Under the pieces are notes generated by a model. That model was not told the origin of the DNA, ran no database searches, and was given only the letters and a program-made list of their open reading frames with translations. Both the position numbers and the translations under genes were made by a program. Shown one piece after another: positions 22,017 to 33,191 of a stretch of 64,000 nt of DNA (position 1 is the first letter of the stretch; each line of letters opens with the position of its first letter). The stretch is from contig CAWJSJ010000001.1 of the NCBI GenBank assembly GCA_963845565.1, forward strand, positions 640,001 to 704,000, given 5' to 3'. Source of the DNA: an uncultured Methylomirabilota bacterium (GTDB lineage: Bacteria > Methylomirabilota > Methylomirabilia > Methylomirabilales > 2-02-FULL-66-22).

Positions 22017-23396
22017 ATGGCCGGCTTGACGGACCAGATCCGGGCATACGGCATTCAACCGGTGCCGGTGTCAGAGCGCCGCCTCGGTTTCGTGGACACG
22101 TTCGTCCTATGGTGGGACCTCGGCGTGAGTTTCCTGGTCATGGCGGTCGGAATGTTCCTGGTGCCGGGGCTCAGTCTCGGGCAGGCGCTCCTGGCGATCC
22201 TGGTCGGCGCGGTGGTGGGCAACGCCCTGCTTGGGCTGGTGGGAACCATCGGGTCGGATACCGGCGTGCCGACCATGGTGCTGTTTCGGCCGGTGCTCGG
22301 CCTGCGCGGGTCGATTGCGCCGACGGTCCTCAACCTATTGCAACTGCTGGGCTGGGCGACATTCGAGGTGATCGTCATGGCGCAGGCGGCGGCGCTGCTT
22401 TCCGAGCGTCTGATCGGCGTACGGGGGTATCTGGGCTGGGTGCTGTTCTTTGCGGTTCTCGGCACAGCGATGGCGGTGGTCGGGCCGATCATGGTCGTCA
22501 AGCAGTGGATGGAGCGGTTTGCCGTGTGGGTCGTCCTGCTGACGCTGACCTGGATCACGGTCGCGGTCCTGACGACCTACGACGTGCGGGCGTGGCTGGC
22601 GAAGCCGGGCACGGGTGAGATGTCGTTTTGGCTGGGAGTCGATCTGGTGGCGGTGATGCCGATCTCCTGGGTTCCCCTGGTTGCGGACTATAGCCGGATG
22701 GCCCGGTCTCGGAAGACCGCGTTCTGGGGAACGGGCCTGGGCTACTTCGGATCCCATGTGTGGTTCTATGCCCTGGGGGCGCTCCTGGCCCTCTCGGCGA
22801 CAGTTCCCTCCGACCCCAGCGCCCCCATCGCGCCGCTTCTCACCACCATCGCGGCCCTGACCGCAGGGTGGGTGGCGCTCCTGGTTCTGCTCGTGGCGGA
22901 GACGGACGAAGGCTTCGCCAATATCTACTCGGCCGCGGTCTCGGCACAGAACATCTGGCCACGCCTGGGGCAACGGACGCTCGCGCTGGGGATCGGCGGG
23001 ATTGTGCTGGTCCTGGCCGCGACGCTCCCCCTGGTCCAATACGAGAGTTTCCTGTTGCTCATCGGGTCGATCTTTATCCCCTTGCTCGGCATTCTCACAG
23101 CCGATTACTTCGTCTTGCGCCATCGGCAATACGATGTGGCGGAGCTCTACCGGAGCGGCGGCCGGTACTGGTACCGCGGTGGGGTGAATTGGCCGGCGAT
23201 GGGCGTGTGGGTCAGCGGCGTCGCCCTGTATCTGCTCATTGCCGGCTTACCACAACTGGGATGGTCCGGGTTGGCGCCGTGGCTAGGGGCGACGATTCCG
23301 ACCTACACCTTCGGGTTGCTCGCATACGCCCTGGTGGGGCGTTCGGTGGAGCAGGGAGGGGCCAGCGGCGCGGCGGAGAGCGACGCCCGGCGGTGA
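22017..23396 (+). CDS. cytX: NCS1-family permease, putative hydroxymethylpyrimidine transporter
   Basis: About 12 TM segments, GIQPVP..ER, MPISWVPLVADYSR, ETDEGFANIYS. Under the TPP riboswitch. Confidence 0.8.
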   Translation: MAGLTDQIRAYGIQPVPVSERRLGFVDTFVLWWDLGVSFLVMAVGMFLVPGLSLGQALLAILVGAVVGNALLGLVGTIGSDTGVPTMVLFRPVLGLRGSIAPTVLNLLQLLGWATFEVIVMAQAAALLSERLIGVRGYLGWVLFFAVLGTAMAVVGPIMVVKQWMERFAVWVVLLTLTWITVAVLTTYDVRAWLAKPGTGEMSFWLGVDLVAVMPISWVPLVADYSRMARSRKTAFWGTGLGYFGSHVWFYALGALLALSATVPSDPSAPIAPLLTTIAALTAGWVALLVLLVAETDEGFANIYSAAVSAQNIWPRLGQRTLALGIGGIVLVLAATLPLVQYESFLLLIGSIFIPLLGILTADYFVLRHRQYDVAELYRSGGRYWYRGGVNWPAMGVWVSGVALYLLIAGLPQLGWSGLAPWLGATIPTYTFGLLAYALVGRSVEQGGASGAAESDARR

Positions 23397-23397
23397 T

Positions 23398-23426
23398 TTG
23401 ACGAGGCCCGGCACGCGTGTTAGAGT
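23398..23426 (+). promoter_or_regulatory. Sigma70-type promoter upstream of panE-metH
   Basis: ttgacg-17 nt-tagagt with extended -10 TG. Confidence 0.55.
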
Positions 23427-23499
23427 TCGCGGCCGGTGGGTGTGTGGGGTTTGCGAGGCGAAGGCGCGCCTCGTCTATCGCGGCACGGAGGGATGTGCG

Positions 23500-24504
23500 G
23501 TGCACACGGTGATTGTTGGCGCAGGGGCGCTGGGGAGCATCCTCGGCGGGTACCTGGCGGAAACCGGGATATCGGTGACCTTGGTGGGACGGAAGCCCCA
23601 CGTGGACGCGATTCGCTCCCGGGGCCTCATCATCGAGGGACTGCGGGGACATCGGACAATCGGCAACCTTCGCGCCGTGGCCGATCCGCGCGAGGTGGCA
23701 TCGGCGGACCTCCTGATCCTTGCCGTCAAAAGCTACGACACAGCCGAGGCGCTGGTCGGGATCGCTCACTTGCGAGGTCAGGTGGGCGCAGCCCTGTCGG
23801 TCCAGAACGGGGGCGGAAAGGACGAGGCGCTGGCCGAGGCGCTCGGCGGTGACGTCGTGATCGGCGCCACCAGCATCGTCGGCGGCAGTATGCCGGAACC
23901 GGGACGCGTCATGCATACCAACGACGGCGCGACCTGGATCGGCGAGCTCGATGGGCGGCGGTCCGCTCGGGTCGAGGCGATTGCCGAATGCTTCCGCAAG
24001 GCGGAGCTCGCCGTGGAGGTCCGGGAAGATATCCGGAGCGCGATCTGGTGCAAACTCAACCAGATGGTCCCCGCGGCCACGCTGGCATGCGTGACCCGGT
24101 TACGCGTTCACGAGATGTATCAGGATCGGTCCCTGGCAACCCTCTTCGTGGAGTTGAGCCGCGAGATCGCCGCGATCGCCGATCGCACCGGCATCTCGCT
24201 GGCGGATTATCAAGGTTTTCCGGTCAAGACCCTGTGTTCGCAGCCGTTCGACGACGCCGTCGCATCGGTCATGGCGCGCGGGCGCATGATGCAGGAGCGT
24301 GGCATGACCCAGGTGAAGATCTCCACGCTGCAGGACCTGGAACGCGGGCGCCGAACGGAAGCCGATCACGTCATCGGGTATGTCGTGCGACTCGCGGCGG
24401 CGCACCGGGTTCCGGTCCCGAAGCTCGACGTCCTTTACCGCGTCATCCAGGGTATCGAAGCGGCGCAGCGTGCGACCGCGTCCGCCCCCGAGGGGAGGAT
24501 GTAA
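23500..24504 (+). CDS. panE: Ketopantoate reductase family protein (PanE/ApbA)
   Basis: IVGAGALGSILGG, LAVKSYD, QNG, IWCKL, STLQDLERGRRTE. Confidence 0.8.
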   Translation: MHTVIVGAGALGSILGGYLAETGISVTLVGRKPHVDAIRSRGLIIEGLRGHRTIGNLRAVADPREVASADLLILAVKSYDTAEALVGIAHLRGQVGAALSVQNGGGKDEALAEALGGDVVIGATSIVGGSMPEPGRVMHTNDGATWIGELDGRRSARVEAIAECFRKAELAVEVREDIRSAIWCKLNQMVPAATLACVTRLRVHEMYQDRSLATLFVELSREIAAIADRTGISLADYQGFPVKTLCSQPFDDAVASVMARGRMMQERGMTQVKISTLQDLERGRRTEADHVIGYVVRLAAAHRVPVPKLDVLYRVIQGIEAAQRATASAPEGRM

Positions 24505-24510
24505 GCGACC

Positions 24511-27500
24511 ATGCCGGGCGACTTCCGACACCTGCTCCGCGAGCGCGTCCTGATCTTCGACGGGGCGATGGGGACCTCGATCCAGGACCGCGGCCTCTCG
24601 GTGGACGATTTCGAGGGGCAGGAGGGATGCAACGAGATCCTGGTCCTCTCTCGACCGCAGGTGGTCCGGGAGATCCACGCCAGTTTCCTGGAAGTCGGCT
24701 GCGATGCAATCGAGACCAATACCTTCGGAGCAAGTCGCCTGGTCCTGGGGGAGTATGGCCTGGCGGAAAAGGCCTACGAGATCAATCGGACGGCCGCCCG
24801 GCTGGCGCGCGAGGTGGCGGCGAGCTTCTCCTCCTCCGAACAGCCCCGCTTCGTGGTGGGGGCGATGGGCCCGGGTACGCGACTCCCGTCCCTCGGTCAG
24901 ATCGCCTTTGACGAACTGGTCGCCATGTACCGGGAGCAGGCGCGCGGCCTGATCGACGGCGGCGCGGATGTCCTCTTGGTCGAGACCTGTCAGGACCTGT
25001 TGCAGGCCAAGGCAGGTGTGATCGGTTGCCAGGATGCCATGACGGCGGCCGGGACGCCGCGCCCGCTGATGGTCCAGGTGACGCTGGAGCCGACAGGCAC
25101 CATGCTCCTGGGGACGGAGCTGGGTGCGGCCCTCACCGCGCTGGAGGCGTACGACCTGGATGCCATCGGGCTGAATTGCGCCACCGGTCCGCAGGAAATG
25201 ATGGAGCACGTCCATTTCCTCAGCCGACAGTCGCGGAAAGCGATTTCCTGCCTCCCGAACGCCGGGCTCCCCCACATGGAGGGGGGACGGGCGTGTTATC
25301 TTCTCACGCCGGACGAACTGGCCGACTTCCATCGGCACTTCGTGGAGCAGCACGGCGTCAACATTGTGGGTGGCTGCTGCGGGACGACGCCGGCGCACCT
25401 CAAGCGCGTGGTGGAGGTAATCGGGCGACGCGCTCCGACCCCCCGCACCCCTGAGCACATTCCCGCGGCGTCCAGCTTGTATTCCAGCGTGCCCTTTCGA
25501 CAGGATCGGAGCATTCTGATCGTCGGCGAGCGGACCAATGCCAACGGGTCCAAGCAGTTCCGCGAGCGCCTGCTGGCCGGCGATGCGGACGGCATGGTCG
25601 CCGTGGCGCGCGATCAGGTCAAGGAGGGGGCGCACGTCCTGGACGTGTGCGTGGATTACGTGGGCCGCGACGGCGTGGCGGACATGGCGGACCTGGTCGG
25701 GCGGCTGGCCACGCAGTGCACGATTCCCCTGGTGATCGATTCCACCGAGGCGCCGGTGATCGAGGCGGCGCTGAAGCGCTCGGGGGGCCGGGCGATCATC
25801 AACTCCGTCAATCTGGAGGACGGGGAAGCGGGGCGCCCGGCCGCGGTCTTCTCGTTGGCGCGTCGGTACGGGGCGGCTGTGATCGGCCTCCTGATTGACG
25901 AGGAGGGGCAGGCGCGGAGCGTGGAGTGGAAGCTCCGGGTCGCGCATCGCTTGCACGACCTGGCGGTCCATCGGTACGGCTTGGAGCCGTCGGATCTGAT
26001 CTTCGACGCGCTGACGTTTCCCGTCGGATCCGGTCAGGAGGACCTGCGCAAGGACGGGTTGGCCACGCTGGAGGCGATCCGGCGGATCAAGGCGGAGCTG
26101 CCTGGAGTCTACACCATCCTCGGCGTGAGCAACGTCTCCTTTGGCCTGAAACCGGCGGCGCGGCAGGTGTTGAACAGCGTCTTCCTCCATCTGGCGGTGG
26201 AGGCGGGGCTGGATGCCGCCATCGTGAATGCGGCGAAGATCCTGCCCATGAACCGGATCGACCCCAGTCAACGGGAAGTGGCGCGCCAACTCATTTACGA
26301 CGAACGCCGCGACGGATACGACCCGCTGACGGAGTTCATGCGCCTCTTCGAGACCGGCGCCGGAACCAAGATTGCCGTGGATCCGACGGTCCCTCGGAGT
26401 GTCGAGGAGCGCCTGAAGGCCCGCATCGTGGACGGGGAGCGCCCCGGGCTGGAAGCGGTATTGGACGAGGCGCTGGGCGCGTACGACGCGCTCACGATCA
26501 TCAACGAGATCCTGCTGGACGGTATGAAGACGGTCGGGGAACTGTTCGGAAGCGGCCAGATGCAGCTCCCGTTCGTGCTGCAGTCGGCCGAGGTCATGAA
26601 GGCGGCGGTGGGTTACCTCGAACGATTCATGACTCGTTCCGAAGGGCAGACCAGAGGGAAGATCGTCCTGGCGACGGTCAAGGGGGACGTCCACGACATC
26701 GGGAAGAACCTGGTGGACATCATCCTGACCAATAACGGGTACACCGTCATCAACCTCGGGATCAAGCAGCCGATCCACAACATCGTGGAGGCCGCGCTGA
26801 AGGAGCGGGCGGACGCCATCGGTATGAGCGGTCTCCTGGTGAAGTCCACCCTCGTCATGCGGGACAATCTGGAGGAACTGAATGCCCGGGAGCTCTGGCG
26901 GTTCCCGGTGATCCTGGGCGGCGCGGCGCTGACGCGCGGCTACGTGGAGGAGGATCTGCGGGCCGTCTATCGAGGGGATGTGCATTACGCCGGGGATGCC
27001 TTCGACGGGCTGCGGCTGATGGGGGAGATCACCTCGCGCGAGCCGGGCGACGCGCCGGTGTACCCGGCAACGGCCAGACGGCGAACCGCGCCGTGTGCGG
27101 CCCCCGCAGCCGCCGTGACAGCCACGGCGCAGAGTCCGTCCACCGGACGGAGCGACGTTCGGAGCGATGTCGCTCCCCCGACCGCCCCATTCTTCGGAAC
27201 TCGCGTGGTGACGGAGGTTCCCCTCGCCGATGTGTTTGCCTTCGTGAACGAGGTGGCGCTGTTCCGGACGCAGTGGCAATTCCATCGAGGCAAGGGCAAG
27301 CCGGAGCGTTTCGATGAGCTGATCCGGACGCACGTCCGGCCGATCTACCAGCGCTGGAAGGCGCGCTGCGCGAAGGAAACCATCCTGAACCCACAGGTAG
27401 TGTACGGGTATTTTCGGTGCCAGTCCGAGGGGGACGATCTGATCGTGTACGAGGAAGACGGGCGGACACCGCAGGAGCGGTTCCGTTTTCCGCGGCAGCC

Positions 27501-27969
27501 CGGCGGGCGGCGGCTCTGTCTGGCAGATTTCTTCGCCTCGACGGACTCCGGGCGGATGGATGTGTTGGGCTGCATGCTGGTGACGGTGGGGCGGCGGGCG
27601 ACCGAGGTGGCACGCGCATTGTTCGAGGAGCACAACTACACCGACTACCTCTATCTCCACGGCCTGTCCGTCGAGGCCGCCGAGGCGCTGGCAGAGTTGT
27701 GGCACAAGCGCATGCGGGAGGAGCTGGGGATCGCGGGCGACGACTCGCCTGAATTGACTCGGCTCTTCCGACAGGCGTACCGGGGATCCCGGTACAGCTT
27801 CGGGTATCCGGCCTGTCCGAACCTGGAGGATCAGGTCGGCCTCTGCCGATTGCTGCAGCCGGACCGGATCGGGGTGGAGCTGAGCGACGAATTCCAGCTC
27901 GAGCCGGAGCAATCCACCTCCGCCCTCATCGTGCACCATCCCGAGGCCAAGTACTTCAACATCGCGTGA
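24511..27969 (+). CDS. metH: Cobalamin-dependent methionine synthase
   Basis: DGAMGT, GLNCATGP, GGCCGT, GERTNANGSK, B12 motif GDVHDIGKNLV, SGLL, RYSFGYPACP. Confidence 0.97.
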   Translation: MPGDFRHLLRERVLIFDGAMGTSIQDRGLSVDDFEGQEGCNEILVLSRPQVVREIHASFLEVGCDAIETNTFGASRLVLGEYGLAEKAYEINRTAARLAREVAASFSSSEQPRFVVGAMGPGTRLPSLGQIAFDELVAMYREQARGLIDGGADVLLVETCQDLLQAKAGVIGCQDAMTAAGTPRPLMVQVTLEPTGTMLLGTELGAALTALEAYDLDAIGLNCATGPQEMMEHVHFLSRQSRKAISCLPNAGLPHMEGGRACYLLTPDELADFHRHFVEQHGVNIVGGCCGTTPAHLKRVVEVIGRRAPTPRTPEHIPAASSLYSSVPFRQDRSILIVGERTNANGSKQFRERLLAGDADGMVAVARDQVKEGAHVLDVCVDYVGRDGVADMADLVGRLATQCTIPLVIDSTEAPVIEAALKRSGGRAIINSVNLEDGEAGRPAAVFSLARRYGAAVIGLLIDEEGQARSVEWKLRVAHRLHDLAVHRYGLEPSDLIFDALTFPVGSGQEDLRKDGLATLEAIRRIKAELPGVYTILGVSNVSFGLKPAARQVLNSVFLHLAVEAGLDAAIVNAAKILPMNRIDPSQREVARQLIYDERRDGYDPLTEFMRLFETGAGTKIAVDPTVPRSVEERLKARIVDGERPGLEAVLDEALGAYDALTIINEILLDGMKTVGELFGSGQMQLPFVLQSAEVMKAAVGYLERFMTRSEGQTRGKIVLATVKGDVHDIGKNLVDIILTNNGYTVINLGIKQPIHNIVEAALKERADAIGMSGLLVKSTLVMRDNLEELNARELWRFPVILGGAALTRGYVEEDLRAVYRGDVHYAGDAFDGLRLMGEITSREPGDAPVYPATARRRTAPCAAPAAAVTATAQSPSTGRSDVRSDVAPPTAPFFGTRVVTEVPLADVFAFVNEVALFRTQWQFHRGKGKPERFDELIRTHVRPIYQRWKARCAKETILNPQVVYGYFRCQSEGDDLIVYEEDGRTPQERFRFPRQPGGRRLCLADFFASTDSGRMDVLGCMLVTVGRRATEVARALFEEHNYTDYLYLHGLSVEAAEALAELWHKRMREELGIAGDDSPELTRLFRQAYRGSRYSFGYPACPNLEDQVGLCRLLQPDRIGVELSDEFQLEPEQSTSALIVHHPEAKYFNIA

Positions 27970-28204
27970 GCGCGGTGCGGGTGTCGCGAACCGGACCAGG
28001 CAGAGAATTCCGTTGCTGCGCGGTCCGGGACTGCGCTAGAGTATCGTCGGGACCGGACGCTCGATGGGAGGATGGCGCAGAGGGTCCGGGGAAATCGGAA
28101 ACGAGGGGGGCGATCGGGTTGTCGGCGCGGGCCCCCACCTTGAGAGCCACGGTGGGCGATGCCAGAAAGCGCCCCGTGGCTTTGCTGTTTGAGAGGAGCG
28201 TGCC

Positions 28205-29375
28205 ATGACGATGTCCAAGATGTTTCATCCCCCCACGCGGCTGCTGTTGGGGCCGGGTCCGAGCAACGTGGATGGCCGCGTCCTGCAGGCGATGAGTGCC
28301 CCCATGATCGGGTACTTCGACCCGAGCATGTCGGAACTCACCGGTGAGATCTCGCGGCTGCTCCGCCTGGTCTTCGGCACGACGCATGCGATGACGCTCC
28401 CCGTGTCGGGCACCGGAACGGCCGGGATGGAGGCGGCGCTGATCAACCTGCTGGAGCCGGGAGACACGGCGCTGCTCGCCTGCAACGGCTACTTCGGCGA
28501 CCGGATGGTGCAGATTGCCGAGCGGTGCGGGGCGGTCCCCGTCAAGCTGGAAGCCGAGTGGGGCCGGCCGATTCTCCCCGGAGCAGATCGAGGCCGCCTT
28601 CAAGCAGGCCGGCCGCGCCACGGTTCTGGGCGTGGTACATGCCGAGACCTCCACGGGCGTCCTGCAGCCGCTCGAGGGTCTCCGCCAGATCGCGGATCGG
28701 TACGGCGCGTTTCTCCTGGTAGACGCGGTCACGAGTCTGGGCGGCCATCCGGTGGAGGTGGACCGGCACGGCGTGGACGCGTGTTACTCCGGTACCCAGA
28801 AGGCGCTGAGCGCGCCGACGGGTCTCTCGCCGATCACCGTGTCCGACCGGGCGATGGACCGCATCCGAAAGCGGCCGCGGAAGCTCCAGAGCTTCTATCT
28901 GGATCTCGCGATGTTCGAGCAGTACTGGACGGGGAACCCGTACTACCATCACACGCCGCCGACCACGTTCCACTATGCGCTGCTGGAGGCGCTGCGGATC
29001 GTGGAGGAAGAGGGGCTGGCGGCGCGCTGGGAACGCCACCGACTGAGCCACCTGGCGCTGGTGGCGGGCCTGGAGGCGATGGGGCTCCAGATGCACGTGG
29101 AGCCGCCGTACCGCCTGTGGACGCTCAACACCGTCCGGATCCCGGCGGGGGTCGACGACGCCAAGGTGCGCGGTCGGCTCCTCAAGGAATTCGGGATCGA
29201 GATCGGCGGAGGCCTGGGTGTCTTGAAGGGCAAGGTGTGGCGCATCGGCCTGATGGGGACGAACTCCCGGCCGAATAACGTGCTGCTCCTGCTGGCGGCG
29301 CTGGAGCGGATCCTGCCGGCCGAGGGATATCGGTGCGGTTCGGGAATCTCGGCCGCGAATCGTGTCTACGTCTAG
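28205..29375 (+). CDS. Class V aminotransferase (alanine/serine-glyoxylate type), apparent +1 frameshift near 28575
   Basis: [18 protein letters not shown] in ORF 28205. [29 protein letters not shown] in ORF 28515. Extra C in the ctccccggag run. Confidence 0.9.
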
Positions 29376-29417
29376 GGATAGGGATCCGTCGCTCGGGATC
29401 ACTCCACCAAGAACAAG

Positions 29418-29450
29418 GCCCCGGTCGCCATTCGGCGACCGGGGCGCTTT
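29418..29450. terminator. Hairpin between convergent genes
   Basis: gccccggtcgcc-attc-ggcgaccggggc, perfect 12 bp stem. Confidence 0.75.
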
Positions 29451-29469
29451 GGGTTCGTGGGCAGCTTCG

Positions 29470-30928
29470 CTAGAGCTTGAGGCCCAGCGGGTTGTCGTAG
29501 ATCGTCCACCCGATGAAGTAGACGAACAGGATGATCGCCCAGGCCACGTTGGCCACAACGATCCATGGCCGCGGCTTGATCGGCCCGGGCAGGAGCTTCG
29601 CGTTCAGGTAGATGATCCCCAGGGTGAGTGAGGCGTGGACCGCCACGCCGGCCCAGTTGATGATGACCCACAGGATATACGGGGTCCGCATCCAGACGGT
29701 GATCATCCCCACGACGCACAGGATCCCCAGCATCCAGAAGTAATAGAAGCGGTATGGACGCCGGTCGGTGGCGTGCGTTTCGACCGTCACCGTGTCCGCG
29801 AACATCCGGGCGATACCGTCGTACACCGAGAACTGGCTGTCGAACAGCGCGAAGATCAGGATCACGCAGAACAGCACGAACCCGAACTGGCCGTAGGCCG
29901 ACCTGAAGATCTCGGCCAGGACGGTGGCCACCTGGATACCGCCCGGGACCTTCATGTTGTAGATGACGGCCGCGGAGTAGCCGGCCAGGCTGGCGAAGTA
30001 GGTGAACAGGATCCCGCCCAGGATGATGAAGAACACCGCCAGCGTGGTGGTGTTCATCCACAGCCAGTCGCGGAACTTGGCGAGCTCGGTCGGGCTGTCG
30101 GTGTCGAAGATGTAACCGTAACGGCGCACCTCTTCCGGGGGCGAGGTGAGGCCGGTGACGTGGCCGAAGTACTTGGCCATGCCCATGCCCTTCTCGCGCA
30201 CCCAGTAGGTGTGCCAGAAGTTCCAGAATCCGCCGGCCGGCTGGTTCAGGAACGGCCCGATGGCGGTGAGCGTGATGCCGGCCGGGATCGTGCCGACCGC
30301 GACCCAGCCCCAGCTCACCTCGCGAACGGCGGCCCAGTTCGTCATGAAGATGGTGAGGAAGGCAAGACCCGCCGTGGCGACCACGAAGCACACGTACATG
30401 ATCATCTCGAGCGTGTTGTAGACCCGCTTGCTACCGGCAAAGACGACGAACACCAGGCCCAGCGCCACCATGGCCACGTACTGCCATGTTGGGATACCGA
30501 AGAGGGCCGCGACGCCCGCGGCCGCGCCGCCGATCCAGGCCGGCCAGCCCTGCTGGACGATGCACAGGATGGCGGTCGCCCAGCCCCAGAACTTGGCGGG
30601 CTTGAGGCGGGTGAATCCCTGGAGGACCGTCTCGCCGGTGGCGATCGTGTAGCGGGCGATCTCGTTGTTCATGAGGAGCTGGAAGAAGCAGGAGATGACG
30701 TAGACCCAGTAGATCCCGGTCCATTTCTGGGCGGCGACATAGCCGGCCTGGTACGCCTCGAAGCCGCCCACGGAGAGCGCACCCAGGACGACGGCCGGTC
30801 CGGCCCATTGCATGAAGGTGCCGAAAGTTCCTGGGTGGCGCCGCCGGCATCTCCCGCACTTCCCAAGGCGGCTTGATGTCGCCGGCCGGAACCGTTCGCA
30901 CTGCCTTGGCCTTCACCTGTTCTGCCAT
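29470..30928 (-). CDS. Nramp-like (APC fold) transporter, apparent +1 frameshift near 30824
   Basis: aggagg RBS then MAEQVKAK...PPRN; removing one base gives NFGTFMQWAGPAVV. About 11 TM, EIARYTIATGET, WVREKGMGM. Confidence 0.75.
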
Positions 30929-31361
30929 CGCTTGACCTCCTGTTGGGGGTGACGTGGAACAGAACGCTACGGCGATCGCCATGCGGGCATGCTGCCCGCA
31001 TTGTTACACACCGGAGAGACGCCAAGGATGTGGAGATCCGAAGAACGGGCCAGGCGAGGGCGGGAATTGTGACTCCGCTGTGCGGTTGTGGTGCAGCCAG
31101 GATCGCGCACGATGGAGCTCGGCAGGGCGAAACCGACGGGCTGGGAACCCATGGTCGTTTCCTCATACCTCCCACGAGGTACAGGTCGCGTGAGCTTGGG
31201 ATGCCTCATACCGCGAGGCGAGTCCTCTTGTCAATAACAAATCTCTGCTGCGATCGTGGCAGAGCATCTAGGAACGCGGAAATGAACAATACTGAATCGG
31301 TCGGCAACGGCGGGGTCGGCCCGAGTCCAGGCACCCTTGTGCCGGATTCACGGCCTGGGCG

Positions 31362-32486
31362 TCAGCGGCCGGCGCCGCGCGCCGCGATCGGCCAGAGTGC
31401 CTCTACTCGGTCGTTACGATACCCGACGTACCAATCATAAAGATTCACGGTGGGGTCGCAATGCCCCGGAATCAGCCGAAGCTTGGCGCCGAGTTCCAGG
31501 GTGCGCGCGGGGTCATGCAGGGTGAGTTTGCCGTGCTCATCGGCGGCGCGCACGTACTCCACATCGGGCATCCCGGCTACCCAGGGGAGCCCCGCGTCCA
31601 CGCTGAGCGCCTTGAGCCCGGCGTCGAGGACCGCGCGCTCCTTCGTCGGTCGGCTCATGACGGTGGCCCACACGAAGAGGCTGTGCTCGAAATCGGTTGT
31701 CGTGCTGCCATCCGCGGCCAGATTCTTCGCGTAGTCCGCGTCCATGAAAATGTACGAGCCCGCCTGAAGCTCGGTAAAGACGCCGCTCCCTGCCTCGAAC
31801 CGGTAGCTGCCTGTTCCGGCGCCGGTGACCAACTCGCAGGGAAGGGCGTGCCGCGCGAGGAGTTCGACGGTGTGGCGCGTCTTCTCGACCCCGGCGTCGG
31901 CCGCCTCCTTTCGCTTGGCGAACTCACGCACGTGTTGCGCGGAGCCGTGATACGCCTGCAAGCCGGCGAACCGAAGGCCGGGCGACGCCGCAATCTGCTT
32001 CGCGAGAGTCAGGGCTGGGTCGCCCGGCTCGACGCCGCACCGGTCCATCCCCACGTTGATCTCGACCAGGACCGGCAGGCGCACGCCGTAGGCGAGCGCG
32101 GCGTCATTCAGGTCCGCGACGTTGGCGGGGTGATCGGCGCAGACCGCGACCCACGCCTGCTTGGCGAGCGCGGCGAGTCGGGCGATCTTGGACCGACCGA
32201 CGATCTGGTTGCTCACCAGGACGTTTGACACGCCACCATAAACCATCGCCTCCGCTTCGCCGACTTTCTGGCAACACACGCCGACGGCGCCGGCGGCCAT
32301 TTGGCGCAGTGCGATGACCGGGCACTTGTGGGACTTGGCGTGAGGTCGCGGCCGAACGGCCGTTCCGTCCAGCGCGCGCGCCAGCCGTGCGACGTTTCGA
32401 TCGAAGGCGTCAAGATCGATCAGCAGGGCGGGAGTATCCACGGTGTCGAGGGGCATGCCGATTTCGGCTGGGGGGGACTGGATCAT
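31362..32486 (-). CDS. DSD1-family PLP-dependent enzyme (D-threonine aldolase / 3-hydroxy-D-aspartate aldolase / D-serine dehydratase-like)
   Basis: TPALLIDLD, RPHAKSHK, CCQKVGEAE, ELQAGSYIFMD, DEHG, IPGHCDPTVNL. aaggag RBS. Confidence 0.88.
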   Translation of the reverse strand: MIQSPPAEIGMPLDTVDTPALLIDLDAFDRNVARLARALDGTAVRPRPHAKSHKCPVIALRQMAAGAVGVCCQKVGEAEAMVYGGVSNVLVSNQIVGRSKIARLAALAKQAWVAVCADHPANVADLNDAALAYGVRLPVLVEINVGMDRCGVEPGDPALTLAKQIAASPGLRFAGLQAYHGSAQHVREFAKRKEAADAGVEKTRHTVELLARHALPCELVTGAGTGSYRFEAGSGVFTELQAGSYIFMDADYAKNLAADGSTTTDFEHSLFVWATVMSRPTKERAVLDAGLKALSVDAGLPWVAGMPDVEYVRAADEHGKLTLHDPARTLELGAKLRLIPGHCDPTVNLYDWYVGYRNDRVEALWPIAARGAGR

Positions 32487-32699
32487 GGGTTCACTCCTTG
32501 GTCGGGACGGGTCTTGGTGGCAGTCGTCCGGGTTCATGTGAGGAGTCCAATACACCGCGGTTTCCCAAATGTCAAGCCGCGGCGCGCCACCCGGTTACTT
32601 CTCCGATCCTTTGCGCGATCCGTCCGAACGCGAAAAGCGGCGGCTTGCCTGCCCGCGTGTTTCGCGGTAGAGTGCGTCGGATTCTGAGGAGGGTGCGCC

Positions 32700-33128
32700 A
32701 TGCCATTGACTGCAATCTTGCCCGCCGTGAACGCGGCACTCAACGCGCTCAGCGCCTGCCTGTTGATCGGCGGGTATGCTTGTATCCGGCGCGGGCGACG
32801 CGCGGCACACCAGCGGTGCATGCTGGCGGCGTTCCTCGTCTCGGTCCTCTTCCTGACGAGTTATCTGACGCTGCGCTATTTCGCCGGGATGACGCGGTTC
32901 GAGGGCCAGGGGTGGATTCGCCCGGTGTACTTCACGATCCTGCTGTCGCACACCGTCCTGGCGGCGGGGATCGTCCCTCTGGCGATCGTGACCATGGCGC
33001 GTGCGCTGCGGGAGGAGCATGCGCGGCATGTGCGGGTCGCGCGGTGGACGCTGCCCCTCTGGCTTTACGTCTCGATCACCGGAGTCATCATTTTCTGGTT
33101 GCTGTACCACCTCTATCCTGGCGGATGA
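32700..33128 (+). CDS. DUF420 membrane protein
   Basis: LPAVNAALN, LFLTSYL, ILLSH, LWLYVSITGV. Four TM. Confidence 0.88.
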   Translation: MPLTAILPAVNAALNALSACLLIGGYACIRRGRRAAHQRCMLAAFLVSVLFLTSYLTLRYFAGMTRFEGQGWIRPVYFTILLSHTVLAAGIVPLAIVTMARALREEHARHVRVARWTLPLWLYVSITGVIIFWLLYHLYPGG

Positions 33129-33191
33129 GACGTTGAGGCGTGGTGCCGGATGCGTGAACCGACAGCGCGCGCTCAAGCGGGAGGTACGCTC

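Noticed and set aside
24100..27939. 1279 aa minus-strand ORF
   Set aside because: Antisense shadow of metH caused by GC-rich codon bias; no recognisable motifs.
28145..28183. Hairpin before the aminotransferase RBS as a glycine riboswitch or attenuator
   Set aside because: No glycine aptamer consensus; such stems are common at this GC content.
30929..31230. Long leader of the Nramp-like gene as a metal riboswitch
   Set aside because: I could not see yybP-ykoY or other known aptamer motifs; an Rfam scan would be needed.
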